Of a stretch of DNA of 64,000 nucleotides, positions 27,238 to 45,947 are shown in pieces. The notes under the pieces were generated by a model. It was not told where the DNA came from. It searched no databases and was given only the letters and a program-made list of their open reading frames with translations. Numbering within the stretch: the first letter of the stretch is position 1; every line of letters starts with the position of its first letter. Made by a program: the position numbers and the translations under genes. Source of the stretch: Dictyostelium discoideum (Eukaryota); assembly GCA_000004695.1 (NCBI GenBank), contig CM000151.3, positions 5,568,001-5,632,000 of the forward strand. The letters run 5' to 3'.

Positions 27238-27267
27238 TACTAATTTTATTTTTTTAACCCTTTTTTC

Positions 27268-28116
<849 letters not shown>

Positions 28117-28131
28117 AATAAAAAAATTAAA

Positions 28132-28167
<36 letters not shown>

Positions 28168-28190
28168 ATATATATATATACGCTTTAGGT

Positions 28191-28250
28191 ATTTTATTTT
28201 ATTTTATTTTATTTTATTTTATTTTATTTTATTTTATTTTATTACTTTAT
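28191..28250. repeat. (ATTTT)12 pentanucleotide microsatellite in the 3' intergenic region
   Basis: The tract attttattttattttatttt… was read directly from the sequence. Confidence 0.9.
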
Positions 28251-28337
28251 TTTATTTTTTATTTTTATTTTATATTTTATTACTTTTTTTATTACTATTA
28301 TTATTATTTTTATTATTATTTTTTTTTTTTTTTTTTT

Positions 28338-30865
<2,528 letters not shown>

Positions 30866-31457
30866 TTGTTTTTTGGGGTAAACTAAAGACTTTGTTTAGT
30901 TTTTTTTTTTTTTTTTTTTTTAAATGAAAGTATGTGGATATTTTTAAAAAAAAAAAAAAAACTTTTTTTAAAAAAATAATTCAATTTTTTAGGTTTTTTT
31001 GGTTTTTTTAAAAAAATAATTTAAAAAATAAAAAAAAAAAAAAAAAAAAAAACTAAATATCTGGATAAGAGATAATGACATCACCCAATTTGACCAGGGG
31101 GTGGGAACAATCAAAAATAATAATAATAATAATAAACAAAAAAAAAATAAATAAATAAAAATAATAATAATAATAATAATAAAATAATAACAGTAATAAA
31201 ACAATATAATAAATAAATAAGTAATTGCTTATTTAAAACCTTTTTTTTAGAAAAAAAAAATATAAAAAAAATAAAATAAAAAAAATAAAGTAACGCAATT
31301 ATTTATTTATTTTCGAAACTATTTTATTTTTATTTTTATTTTTATTTTTTTTTTTAGTTTTTATCTTGATTATTTATTTATTTTCTTATTAATTATTTTA
31401 TTTTATTTTTAATCATATATTTATTTATTTTATTATTTTTTAATTTATTTTTTTCGT

Positions 31458-31508
<51 letters not shown>

Positions 31509-31977
31509 GGATGTTGATTTTTATGATTTAATTTTAAAAATAGTTTAAAGATAAATCACAACACTAAAAGTGATCATAATCTTTTTTTTTTTTTTTCTTT
31601 TGTTCACCTAAATTTTTTTTTTCCAACACTTTTTTTTTTTTTTTTTTTATTTATTTTTTATTTATTTTTAAATTAATTTTGGCATAGTCCCCATTTCCTT
31701 TTTTAAAAAAAAATAAAAAAAATAAAAAATTGATAAATTTTTTTTTTTTTTTTTTGTAAAAAATTATTTTAATTCACAAAGTTTTTAAATGAAGAGTTCT
31801 GTTGGGATGGGACAGTGTCATTTTATTGAAAAATATCAAAAAAAAAAAAAATAAAATAAAATAAAAAAAAAAAACAATAAACAATTTAAAAATTTTTATT
31901 TGAATTCTAAAAAACGTTTTTAAGCCATTGATTTTATTTGAAAATTTGATTTATTTTTTTTAATTTTTTTTTTCAAA

Positions 31978-32026
<49 letters not shown>

Positions 32027-32308
32027 ATATTTTCAATAAAAATAACTATTATTTAATTATTATTTACACTTGTAAATAATTGTATTTTTAACTATTTATT
32101 AAAATAATAATAATAATAAATAAAATTAATTAATTAAAGTAATTAATTTTTTTTTTTTTATATACAGTTAATATTTTTATTATTATTATTATTATTTATT
32201 ATTATTTTTTTTTTAAAAAAATAAATAAATTAAAATTTTTTTTTTTAAAAAAAAAATATAAAATAAATTAAAATCTTGTAATATAAAAAAAAAAAAAAAA
32301 AAAAAAAA

Positions 32309-33192
32309 ATGGCATATAAAAGTCAACATGGTGTTGATGATATGGTTATGTTATCAAAAATTGCAAATGATTCAATTTTAGATAATTTAAAGAAAAGATA
32401 TGGTGGTGATGTTATTTATGTAAGTCTAAAAATTTGGATTTTTTTTTTTTTTTTTGGACTCCAAATTTTTAATTTTCAGAATTTTTATTTTTTTTCCATA
32501 AATTAAAATTATACTAATATTTTTTTTATATATTTTATTTATTTATTTATTTATTTTTTTTTTTTTTTTATATAAATAATTATTTAATTTTTAGACATAT
32601 ATTGGAAATGTATTAATTTCAGTTAATCCATTTAAACAAATCAAAAATTTATATTCTGAAAGAAATTTATTAGAGTATAGAGGTAAATTTAGATATGAAT
32701 TACCACCACATGCATATGCAGTAGCAGATGATATGTATAGAAGTATGTATGCTGAAGGTCAATCACAATGTGTTATCATTTCTGGTGAATCAGGTGCAGG
32801 TAAAACTGAAGCAGCAAAATTAATTATGCAATATATTGCAGCAGTCTCTGGTAAGGGTGCCGATGTATCAAGAGTAAAAGATGTAATCTTGGAATCAAAT
32901 CCATTGTTGGAAGCATTTGGTAATGCAAAAACTTTACGTAATAATAATTCATCACGTTTTGGTAAATATATGGAAGTTCAATTCAATGGTATCGGTGATC
33001 CAGAAGGTGGTAGAGTTACCAATTATCTCTTAGAAAAATCACGTGTTGTCTATCAAACTAAAGGTGAAAGAAATTTTCATATCTTTTATCAATTATTATC
33101 TGGTGCAAATCAACAATTAAAAAGTAAGTAAAATTAAATTCATAAAAAAAAAAATAAAAAAAAAGTTAATAATAAATTAAAAATATTAATAA

Positions 33193-33234
<42 letters not shown>

Positions 33235-35926
33235 AGGTGAATTAAGATTAGATACACCAGATAAATTTAATTATTTATCAGCAAGTGGTTGTTATACTGT
33301 TGATGGAGTTGATGATTCAGGTGAATTTCAAGATGTTTGTAAAGCAATGAAAGTTATTGGATTGACTGATAGTGAACAAAAGGAAGTATTTAGATTGGTA
33401 GCAGCTATTCTATATTTGGGTAATGTTGGATTTAAGAATAATGCAAAAGATGAGGCAGCTATTGATCAACAATCAAAGAAAGCATTGGAGAATTTTGCAT
33501 TCTTGATGCAAACCGATGTATCATCATGTGAGAAAGCACTTTGTTTTAGAACGATTTCAACTGGTACTCAAGGTAGAAGTGCACGTGTTTCAACCTATGC
33601 ATGTCCACAAAATTCAGAGGGTGCATATTATTCACGTGATGCACTTGCAAAAGCATTGTATAGTCGTTTGTTTGATTGGATTGTTGGTAGGGTAAACTCT
33701 GCATTGGGATATAAACAAAACTCTCAATCTTTGATGATTGGTATTTTGGATATCTATGGTTTTGAAATCTTTGAAAAGAATGGTTTCGAACAAATGGTAA
33801 TCAATTATGTCAATGAACGTTTACAACAAATCTTTATAGAGTTAACCTTGAAAACTGAACAGGAAGAATACTTTAATGAAGGTATTCAATGGGAACAAAT
33901 CGATTATTTCAATAATAAGATCTGTTGTGATCTCATTGAAAGTAAGAAACCAGCTGGTATCCTAACGATATTGGATGACGTTTGCAATTTCCCAAAAGGT
34001 GATGATCAAAAGTTTTTAGACCGTTTAAAGGAATCATTCTCTTCACATGCCCATTTCCAAAGTGCTGCTCAATCTTCATCATCTTTCACCATTAAACATT
34101 ATGCTGGTGATGTGGAATATTGTGCAGAAGGTTTCGTTGATAAGAATAAAGATTTACTCTTTAATGATTTGGTTGAATTGGCAGCTTGTACCACCAGTAA
34201 ATTAATTCCTCAATTATTCCCAGAGATCAATTGTGAAAAGGATAAAAGAAAACCAACAACTGCCGGTTTCAAAATTAAAGAATCCATTGGTGCTTTGGTT
34301 AAGGCATTATCAGCTTGTACACCCCATTACATTCGTTGTATCAAACCAAATGGAAATAAACGTGCCAATGATTTCGATACTTCATTGGTTATGCATCAAG
34401 TTAAATATTTGGGTCTCTTGGAAAATGTTAGAATTCGTAGAGCTGGTTATGCCTATCGTCAAACTTATGACAAATTCTTTTACCGTTATCGTGTATGTTG
34501 TAAAGAAACCTGGCCAAATTGGACAGGTGGTTTCGAATCTGGTGTTGAAACCATTCTAAAATCAATGGACTTGGAACCAAAACAATACTCTAAAGGTAAA
34601 ACAAAAATATTCATTCGTGCCCCAGAAACAGTTTTCAATCTCGAAGAACTAAGAGAGAGAAAGGTTTTCACCTATGCAAATAAACTTCAAAGATTCTTCC
34701 TTCGTTTCACTTTGATGAGCTACTATTATTCAATTCAAAAGGGTGCTGCAGACTCTATGAAATCAAATAAAGAGAGAAGAAGATTATCAATCGAAAGACC
34801 TTATCAAGGTGATTACATAAACTATAGAGAAAACTTTGAACTCAAAGATATCGTTAAAAAGAATGGAAATGAAAAGATTATGTTCACTCATGCCGTTAAC
34901 AAATATGATCGTAGATCAAGATGTCAACGTCGTGTATTACTTTTAAGTGATACTGCCATTTATTTCATCGCAACCGAAAAGAATAAGGATAAAGAAGATC
35001 GTAAAAAGAGACCTTGGATTTACGTTCAAAAGAGAAGACTTTTATTGGCTGGTATCACCTCTGTAGAATTATCAAAGTTATCCGATGGTTTCGTAGTTTT
35101 GAAAACAATGAATGAACACGATCAAATCTTTGAATGTCGTAGAAAAACCGAATTCCTTGGTACCCTTATCAAAGCTTATAAAACTGGTACACTTCGTATC
35201 AATTATAACAATTCAATTGGTGTTGCAATTAAAGCAAGCAAACAAGGTGGTAAAGGTAAAGAACGTATAATCCTCTTTGAAAAAGGTATTAAACCAGGTG
35301 AATCGGTTTTCAAAGGAACTAAAGTATCAACTCCATCCGATGGTTTACCAGCTGATACCGTTCCAAATTTAACACCACCAGAATCATTACCAGTCGTTTC
35401 AATTCCAATCTATAAACCAGCAATGAATGCAAAGAATGCCCCTCAAAATAGTGGTGGCCCTGCTTCAAATGTAAAACCATCCGCTAAAGCACTTTACGAT
35501 TTCGATGCTGAATCCTCAATGGAATTATCTTTCAAAGAGGGTGATATTCTCACTGTTTTAGATCAAAGCTCTGGTGATTGGTGGGATGCCGAGTTAAAAG
35601 GTCGTCGTGGTAAAGTTCCTTCAAATTATTTACAATTGATAAAGAATGCTGCCCCACCAAGAGCTGGTGGTCCACCAGTTCCAACTGGTAATCGTGCTCC
35701 AACTACAACTACAACTTCTGGTGGCTCAACTCGTGGTGGTTTCAATAATGGCCCATCAACTGCTCCATCAGGTCGTGGTGCTGCTCCTCCATCATCTCGT
35801 GGTGGTATGGCTCCAAGAGGTGGCTCGGTAGCTCCTCCATCATCTCGTGGTGGTATTGCTCCAAGAGGTGGTATTGCTCCAAGAGGTGGTATGGCACCAA
35901 GAGGTGGAATGGCACCAAGAGTTTAA
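32309..35926 (+). CDS. Long-tailed class I myosin (motor, basic TH1 tail, SH3, Gly/Pro/Ala/Arg-rich C-terminus); join(32309..32419,32595..33123,33237..35926)
   Basis: Exon 1 reads [37 protein letters not shown] with GTAAGT at 32420. Exon 2 reads [14 protein letters not shown]…[11 protein letters not shown]…[20 protein letters not shown] (P-loop) …LEAFGNAKT…NFHIFYQLL…QQLK with GTAAGT at 33124 (phase 1). Exon 3 reads [14 protein letters not shown]… through switch II and the converter, the SH3 domain ([48 protein letters not shown]) and GMAPRGG repeats. The architecture is that of Dictyostelium myoB/C/D-type myosins. The N-terminus resembles what I recall of myoD, but I could not confirm this. 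Confidence 0.9.
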
Positions 35927-36370
35927 AGAATTTTGTCTCGACATCTTTTTTTTTTTTTAAAAAAATAAAAAACAAATTAAAAATTTTAAAAAAAAGAAAC
36001 ATTAATAACAATTAAACTCCAAAAAAAAAAAAAAAAAACAAAAAACATTATATTTATTTATCAGTGCATATATAAAAAAAAAAAAAAAAAAAAAATAAAA
36101 AAAATAAAAAAAAAATAATAAGTTATATAACTTTTTTTCAATTATTTGTTTAATAATTTTTTATTTATTTTTTATTTTATTTTTTTTTTAATATAAGTTT
36201 TTTGAGATTTAGATATTTTTTAAAATAAATTGGTAAAAATATCCAAAATCATTTTATTTTTTTAAGATTTGTGTAATTTTACAAACAAAAAAAAAAAAAA
36301 AATAAAAAAATAAAAATCTTTTTTTTTTTTTTTAATTTCATTCAGAAAAAAAAAAACGACAAACTAAAAA

Positions 36371-36982
36371 ATGATCAAACAATTAATTTCAAAATCAATT
36401 AAATTATCATTTAATTCAAATAATAAATTAAGATCATTTAGATCATTCGGTTCATGTTGTGGTGGTAATAACAATAGTAATAATACAACAGTTGCCAAAG
36501 AAAAAGTTGAAGAACCAAAAATCCAAGAAATTACAATTGAAGATTTCTTTAAAGTTGATTTAAGAGTCGCAAAAGTAATTGCTTGCGAACAAGTTCAAGG
36601 CTCTAAAAAATTATTAAAGTTAAGTTTGGATTTAGGTTTTAAAAAACAAGAACCAACCACAACAACAACAACAACAACACCACCACCAACAGAAACTAAA
36701 GATTTAGAAACATCAAGTGATACTCAAGAACAAAATAATCAACCAGAATTAATTAAAGATATTAGAACAGTATATAGTGGTATAAAATTATTCTATGAAC
36801 CAGATCAATTAAAAGGTAAAAATGTTATTTTTGTTTCAAATTTAAAACCAAGACAAATGAAAATAGGAAAAGAAGTTGTTATTTCTGAAGGTATGGTACT
36901 TTGTGCAAGTTCTGAAGATAATAAAAAAGTATTATATACAACAACAGATGGCGAAGCTGATCCAGGTATGAAAGTATTTTAA
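36371..36982 (+). CDS. tRNA-binding (Myf/EMAP-II/CsaA-like OB-fold) domain protein with an N-terminal presequence-like extension
   Basis: 203 aa. The motif [31 protein letters not shown]…[47 protein letters not shown] matches the tRNA-binding domain consensus (DLRVG.I…KL..…VDVG…NLKP..(M/L)RG..S.GM.L.A). The N-terminal 45 aa are Ser/Arg/Lys-rich with no acidic residues, resembling a mitochondrial targeting sequence. Confidence 0.8.
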   Translation: [203 protein letters not shown]

Positions 36983-37061
36983 ATAATAATAATAAAAAAA
37001 AAATAAATATCACATTTTGGTATAATTAGGAATTTACTTTAGTTTGATTTCATATATATTA

Positions 37062-37096
<35 letters not shown>

Positions 37097-37275
37097 CACA
37101 ATTATTTTTTTAATTTGAATCTTTTTTTTTTTTTTTGTTTTTTTTTTTATTTTTTATTTTTTCATTTCAAATTGTACAATGTGGTAATAAAAATAACAAT
37201 ATAAAGAAAGAAAAAGAAAAAAAAAAAGAGATAAAAAATATAAAACATAGGGTATTTTTATTATAAAATAAAAAG

Positions 37276-38462
37276 ATGGATCAAACAAATAGTGAAGATG
37301 GGTTTTTAAAAAGATTAAAAGATAAAACTAATGGCTATTTAGATACCTTACCTTTAATGACAAGGTTTTTTTTCATATTATGTGTAATATTATTTTTAAT
37401 ACAAATAATTTTTCAAATTCAAATATTTTCCATTTGTTTTTCACCAAAATTGTTATCAATGGATTTTATAAATAATTGTAAGTTTAAAAATTGAATTTAA
37501 AAATTTGGAAATATATTATTTTTTTTATTAATATTCTTTTTTTAATTTAGTTTATAAAATGATAATATCAAATTTTTTTCATTTAAATTTACTTCATATT
37601 TTATTTAATATGTTATCATTTATACCACTGGGAACAGTATTGGAAAGAAATAAATTTGGAAGTTTACTTTTTTTTTATTTGATTTTATTATTTAGTGTAT
37701 TAATATCTATGATGAATTTCATATTATCGTTAGTGGCATATTATTTGGATATTGGATATTCATATTATTCTTGTTCAGTTGGTTTCTCTGGTTGTATTTT
37801 TGCATTGTTAACTATACACTGTTTCAATGATAATTTGGTATCATTATATGGTATAACAAGAATACCATCAAAGCTCTATCCATGGGCAATTTTAATTATT
37901 ACAAATTTCATTCTACCAATGACTTCATTTGTTGGTCATTTATCTGGTATTTTAATCGGTACATTATGTATGTATAAATAATAATATTATTTTTTATTAT
38001 AGTATTGGGTATTAATCTTTTTTTTTTTTTTTTTTTTTAAAAAATATAGATATGAATGGATATTTAAATTGCTTCATTTTATCAGAAAGAAGATTTTGCG
38101 AAATTGAACTTTCAAATAATTTAAATTTTATAACAAACCAAAGAGGATTCATTTCAAGTTCCAATTTTTCTTGTACCTCTTCTTTTGTTGATTTAGGTTC
38201 ATCATCATCTTTGGATAGTAATTTTGCAAGGTTAAAAAGATTTTTTGTGAGTCATACTAATAATAGTGGAGGTAGACAATTGGGTACAGTTTCATCAAAT
38301 TTAGAGCAAGAGGATGTAGAAAAACCATTTAGTAATAACGACAATAATATAAATACTGAAATTAGTAGTGATAATACTCAACAACAGCAACAACAGCAGC
38401 AACAAACAGCATCTCCAAATGTATTAAAATATTCTCCATTGATTGATATGTCTAAAATTTAA
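37276..38462 (+). CDS. Rhomboid-family intramembrane serine protease; proposed model join(37276..37477,37551..37967,38050..38462)
   Basis: The catalytic motifs are GFSGCIFAL (GxSG) and GHLSGILIG (His in TM6). Intron 1 is GTAAGT at 37478 …AG at 37550 (phase 1). The ORF-track stop after …GTLCMYK would truncate TM6. A GTATGT donor at 37968 and acceptor AG at 38048-49 (82-nt AT-rich intron, phase 1) join in frame to ORF 38052..38462 and complete TM6 (…GILIGTL-Y-MNGYLNCFIL…), followed by a hydrophilic tail with a Q9 tract. Confidence 0.65.
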
Positions 38463-38709
38463 ATATATCAGCACTAAATCATATTTTATTTTTACTTTTT
38501 ATTTTTTTAAATCCTTCGTTGATTTCTAATTCAGTAAATTAATTTAATATTATTGTTTTATAATAACAACCAAAACAAAACAATTTAAAATATATTAAAT
38601 TAAATGGAAATAAAAAATAAAAAAAAATATTCTAACTTGTGTTTCATAAAAAATAATTTAAAATTAATATCTGGTTTCAATTATTAATTCATGAATGACC
38701 ATTTTCTCG

Positions 38710-38740
<31 letters not shown>

Positions 38741-38830
38741 TATCCCATTGGTTCGTTTTTTTAAAATTTTTTTTTTTGAATTTTTTAAAATTTTTTTTTT
38801 TTATTAAATTAAAAAATAATCAATTTAAAA

Positions 38831-40318
38831 ATGATTAAAAGTTGTAAAAGGTTTTACTCTGTCGCAAAAAATAATCCCAAACAAACGTTATATGAATTAC
38901 CTCTAATAAAAGCATCAGAATTCCCAGAATATAATTCATCAGACTATTTTAAGTTTGAAGTTATTCATCAATCTAAAAAATCAAATGCAAGAGTTACTAA
39001 AATTACAACACCTCATGGAATGTAAGATATTATAAAAATTAAAAATAGAGTTTTTAATTTTTTTTTTTTTTTTATTAATTTTTATTTTTTAGTATAATGC
39101 AACCAAATTTTGTTCCTGTTGGAACTGTGGGAACAATTAAATTTTTAGATCCAATATCCACAAAAGATACAAAATCACAATTGATGTTTGTAAATACATA
39201 CCATATGGTAGTAAATTCAGATCCAAAATTAATAGAAGAAGCAGGAGGTTTGCATAAATTTATAAATTATCAAAATCCAATAATAACAGATTCAGGTGGA
39301 TTTCAAGTATTTAGTCTTGGGCATCCAGAATCAAAAAATAATGAAAATGAAAATAACAGTGATAATGACAATAAAGTTGAAGTTTTAAATAAAGAGGAAA
39401 AAAGGGAATTAAAAGGAATGTCTGGTAAAAAATATGAAGGTTCAATAGCAAGTATAAAAGATAGTGGTGTTAAATTTTTATCATATAAAAACGGTGACAC
39501 CATTGAATTGGGGCCTGTTTCATCAATTAAATATCAAAAACAATTAGGTGCTGATATTATCATCCCCTTTGATGAATTACCACCTTATCATATGGACGAA
39601 AAAAAGATTTTACGTTCACTTCATAGAACTCATCATTGGGAAGCAACCTCATTACTCGAACATATTAAGGACCCAAGAAAACAAGCAATCTATTCAGTTA
39701 TACATGGTGGTGTTAATATTGAAATGAGAAAACAGTCTATCGATTATCTAACTTCCTTACCATTTGATGGTATTGCTCTTGGTGGTAGTTTAGGTAAAGA
39801 TCGTAATGAAATGAAAGAACTCTTAAAAACTATAATACCATTCATCCCAAAAAACAAACCAAATCATTTATTGGGAATTGGTGATTTAGAATCAATCACT
39901 TCAATAATTCCATTAGGAATTGATAGTTTTGACTCTTCATATCCTACTCGCTCAGCTAGACATGGTCAAATAATTATTGCAGATGAACAATCTTACTTTT
40001 TAATAAAAAATCAAGAAAATAGAATAAAAATAGATGAGCCATTAGATAAATCATGTGATTGTCATACGTATGTATTTTTTTTTTTTTTTTTTTTGCCAAT
40101 TTTTTTTTTTTTTATTTTCCAAATCTAATATTATTTATTTTTTTTTTTTTTTCCAAAAATCTATTTATAGTTGCAAAAACTATTCAAAAGCATATATTCA
40201 TCATCTCTTTAAATCTCATGAACAAATTTATTTTACCCTTGCGACTCAACACAATTTAAGAGCCATGTCAAGGTTAATGGAAAATTATAGAAATAAAATA
40301 TTACAAAATGAGGTTTAG
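38831..40318 (+). CDS. Queuine tRNA-ribosyltransferase (tRNA-guanine transglycosylase, TGT family); join(38831..39021,39093..40067,40171..40318)
   Basis: …ITTPHG-I-IMQPNFVPVGTVGTIK matches TGT TPHG(V/I)..TP.FMPVGT. Catalytic Asp are in ITDSGGFQ and GIDSFDSSYPTRSARHG, with LGGSLGKD between them. The zinc site CDCHT/CKNYSKAYIHHL (CxCxxC…H) is split by intron 2 (GTATGT at 40068 …AG at 40170). Intron 1 is GTAAGA at 39022 …AG at 39092. The C-terminus …HNLRAMSRLMENYRNKILQNEV is TGT-like. Confidence 0.85.
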
Positions 40319-40424
40319 ACCCTTTTATATTTATTTTTTATTATCTAACTTTTTTTTTTTTTATTATAATGATTATAATTTTTTTTATTACAATTATTAT
40401 AATTTTTTTTTTTATTTTTATTTT

Positions 40425-42683
<2,259 letters not shown>

Positions 42684-42687
42684 ATTG

Positions 42688-42721
<34 letters not shown>

Positions 42722-43768
42722 AAAAATAATAAAAAAATCAGAATGGACCGCACATTTAAAAACTTTTTTTTTTATTATATTTTGTCTATTTAAAAATAAA
42801 GATATAAATTAATATCCTATTTTTAATTCTTTCTTTGTCAATTGAAGGTCTTAAAAAAAAAAGAAAAAAAAAAAAAAGAAAAAAATTGGTTTGTGAAAAA
42901 CAATATCTTTTTACCAACTTTTTTAATCCATAATAAAAAAAAAAAATAAAAATTTCATCACCTTTTTTTTCACCTTCAAAGTGAGGACTGTTTTTTAAAA
43001 AAAAAAAAAAAGATTTTTGAGCAAAAAAACCATTTTTTTTTGTATTTTTTTTTTTTTTTTGGGGTAACCCATATTTATAAATCTTCTGAATTTTTTTTTT
43101 TTTTTAATTTTCAAATTACGAAAAAAACTTTGACAAAAAAAAAAAAAAAATTTAATAAAATTTTGATTTTAATTTTTTGTTAAATTTTTTTTTTAATAAA
43201 AAATTTTAAAATTAATAAAGTTTGGTTAAGTTTATGGTTTTTTAAAAAAATAAATTTTTTTTATTTTTCTTATTTTTATTTTTTTTTTTTTTATTTTCAC
43301 TGATTTCCGACCTTAAATTCTTTTTTTAATTTTTTGATGGTTTTATTTATTTATTTATTATTATTTACTTTTTTTTTTTTAGTTATTTTTTAAATGTTTT
43401 TTGTTATTTCGAAATTTCATTTTATTATAATAATGGATTATTCTAAATATAGGTTTTTTTTTCTTTTTTTTGTTTTTTTTTTTTCTTTTGTTGAATGACT
43501 CATATAAATTTTCATTTTCTTAAAAAATTAAATTGTTGTTAACTTGGAAATTTTAAGTGGTATATAAATTGCAGGGAATTGCGGGAACTGTGAAATTTTT
43601 TTTTTTTTTTTTTTTTATAATTTTTTATTTATTTATTTATTTTTACAACATGATTATAATTAATATAATTTTAATTTTTTTTTTTTTTTTTTATCATTTC
43701 TTTATAATTAATATAATTTTAATTTTTTTTTTTTTTAAACACTTTTATTATTTTTTTTATTATTTTTT

Positions 43769-44686
43769 TTAATCATTTTTCTTTATGTTTAATAAATTCT
43801 TAACCCTCGAAAACAATTTAGCTTCTATAAATTTTAAATTTTTTTCAAAAATTGATGAAGCTAAATTTATGAGTAAAAAACCTAAAACCACTAAACAACT
43901 ACCAAATAAATACATCAATGTGAATTTTTTACCGGTTCTAACGAAATCTGAAATCATTGCGAATGGAATTGATAAAGATAAGCCAATTGAATTAATTACA
44001 GGACTTGTCATTACAACTGAATAGGAATCCAATAGGTCGGAAATGAAACTACCGAAAATTCCATTAAATATTAAGTATACCAATACTCTTGATGATGGTA
44101 ATTCAAATACTTCCCAACTTGTAAGATTTAAAATGAAAAATATTGGCCATAAAAAGATTAAATTAAATAAACCTAAATATCCAAACATCATTGGCATTGG
44201 TAAATTCTCTTCTGATCCAATTAATTTCTTTACTAAAACTGAATATAATCCATATAAAAATGCACCAACTATTGCTAAAATATCACCAACTACAGTATCC
44301 GAACCATTTGAATTTTTATCAAAATCTGAATAACTAACTAAAATAACACCACTTAATCTAATAATAATAAAGAATTTTAAAAAATTATTATTATTATTAT
44401 TATAAGTACTTTTTTTTTTTTTTTTTTTTTTTTTAATTTTAGTTTATTCCAATAATTACGTTAATAAAGTTGCAAATAATTTTTCAATTGTAAATTTATC
44501 AACTTTGAAAATAACACTTAAAAACAAAGAAAATATACCAGAAAGTGTTGAAAGGATTGTATTTGTAGAGACAGAAGTTTTATCTAATGATAGATTATAT
44601 GTATAATTTGCAAAGAACCAAAATGGTGCCAATAAAAGACTTATTCTTAAAATTTGTTTTAGTGTAAATTTATAATTTGTTGTTGC

Positions 44687-44732
<46 letters not shown>

Positions 44733-45341
44733 GATGTTGATATAGTTTTTGATAAACCTGTTTCTAAATTTTTATCTTTAATTATTATTGGTGTTGTTGA
44801 TTCATTTTTATTTAAATTATTTTCATAATCGTAATCATTATCTTGTTTAGTATTAAATGGAATTGATGTCCATTTTTTCCACTTTATAAAATAACCTCCT
44901 AAATAAAATGAAAATATTGATGTTCCAAAATATGTAAGAAAGAATGGTTTATCATATGATTCACTTGTAAAAATAATCTATATATATATATTTATTATTT
45001 ATTTATTTAGAAAGGTAAATATTAGTATTGTTGGTAAATAATTATAATTTAAATTTAAAAAAAAAAAAAAAATATAACATACTTGAGTAATAATACTTGA
45101 AGCTACCCATAAAGATACAACTGATAATACTAATAAACTACCAATAACATGCCTTCTAACTTTTTTAGTATTTGATTCTTTTTGTGAAATTGATAAAGGT
45201 AATTCATCATCTTCATTATCACCATTTATTGATTTAATGATTGGTGTAATATCGGTGATTTCATTACTACTTATACTACTACTACTTCCTTTATTAATTC
45301 TATTATTATCTTTGTTATTACTATTATTATTACTATTATTA

Positions 45342-45373
<32 letters not shown>

Positions 45374-45568
45374 CCGTATATATTTATTGTTATTTATATC
45401 GTCTGTTATTATGTACAATTCTTCATTTTCAATTATATTATTATTTTCATAATGGTTCACATTATTATTATATTCATATTCTACATTATTGTTATTATTA
45501 TTATTATTATTGTTACTAGTTATTATATCACTTTCATTATTATTACTATTATTATTATTATTACTCAT
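43769..45568 (-). CDS. SLC35F5-like (EamA/DMT superfamily) solute carrier; join(45568..45083,44977..44460,44357..43769)
   Basis: Exon 1 is an N-terminal poly-N region ending …RRHVIGSLLVLSVVSLWVASSIITQ with GTATGT at 45082. Exon 2 is IIFTSESYDKPFFLTYFGTSIFSFYLGGYF…LRISLLLAPFWFFANYTYNLSLDKTSVSTNTILSTLSGIFSLFLSV… with GTAATT at 44459 (phase 2). Exon 3 is TLSGVILVSY…PMMFGYLGLFNLIFLWPIFFILN…MTSPVINSIGLSLSIPFAMISD…. This is 10-TM EamA-type topology. The introns are 105 and 102 nt and AT-rich. Confidence 0.8.
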
Positions 45569-45867
45569 AATTTATATGTGTGATAGTGCATAGGGTGGTC
45601 AAAAAAAAATGAAAAAAAAAAAAAAAAAGATATTTTAAATGTAAAAAATTAAAAAAAAAAAAAAAAAAAACGGGGAACTAATTAATTCCCTTTATTATAA
45701 GATTTTTTTATTATTTTAAATAAAGAGTTCTGTTTTTTTTTTTTTTTTACTATTTTTTTATTTTTGTGACAAACTGGTGTCTATAAAAATTTAAAACACC
45801 CAAGCACTTTATTTTTATTTTTATTTTTTATTTTTTTTTTCTTTAAATTAAAAAGATATTTATGTCG

Positions 45868-45900
<33 letters not shown>

Positions 45901-45947
45901 TAAATTATTTTAGATAATAATAATAATTTTTTTTTTTTTCTTTCATA

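Noticed and set aside
44999-45082. C-terminal tail VCYIFFFFLNLNYNYLPTILIFTFLNK* of ORF 44999..45568
   Set aside because: This is intron read-through after a GTATGT donor. The gene continues in downstream exons (SLC35F5-like model).
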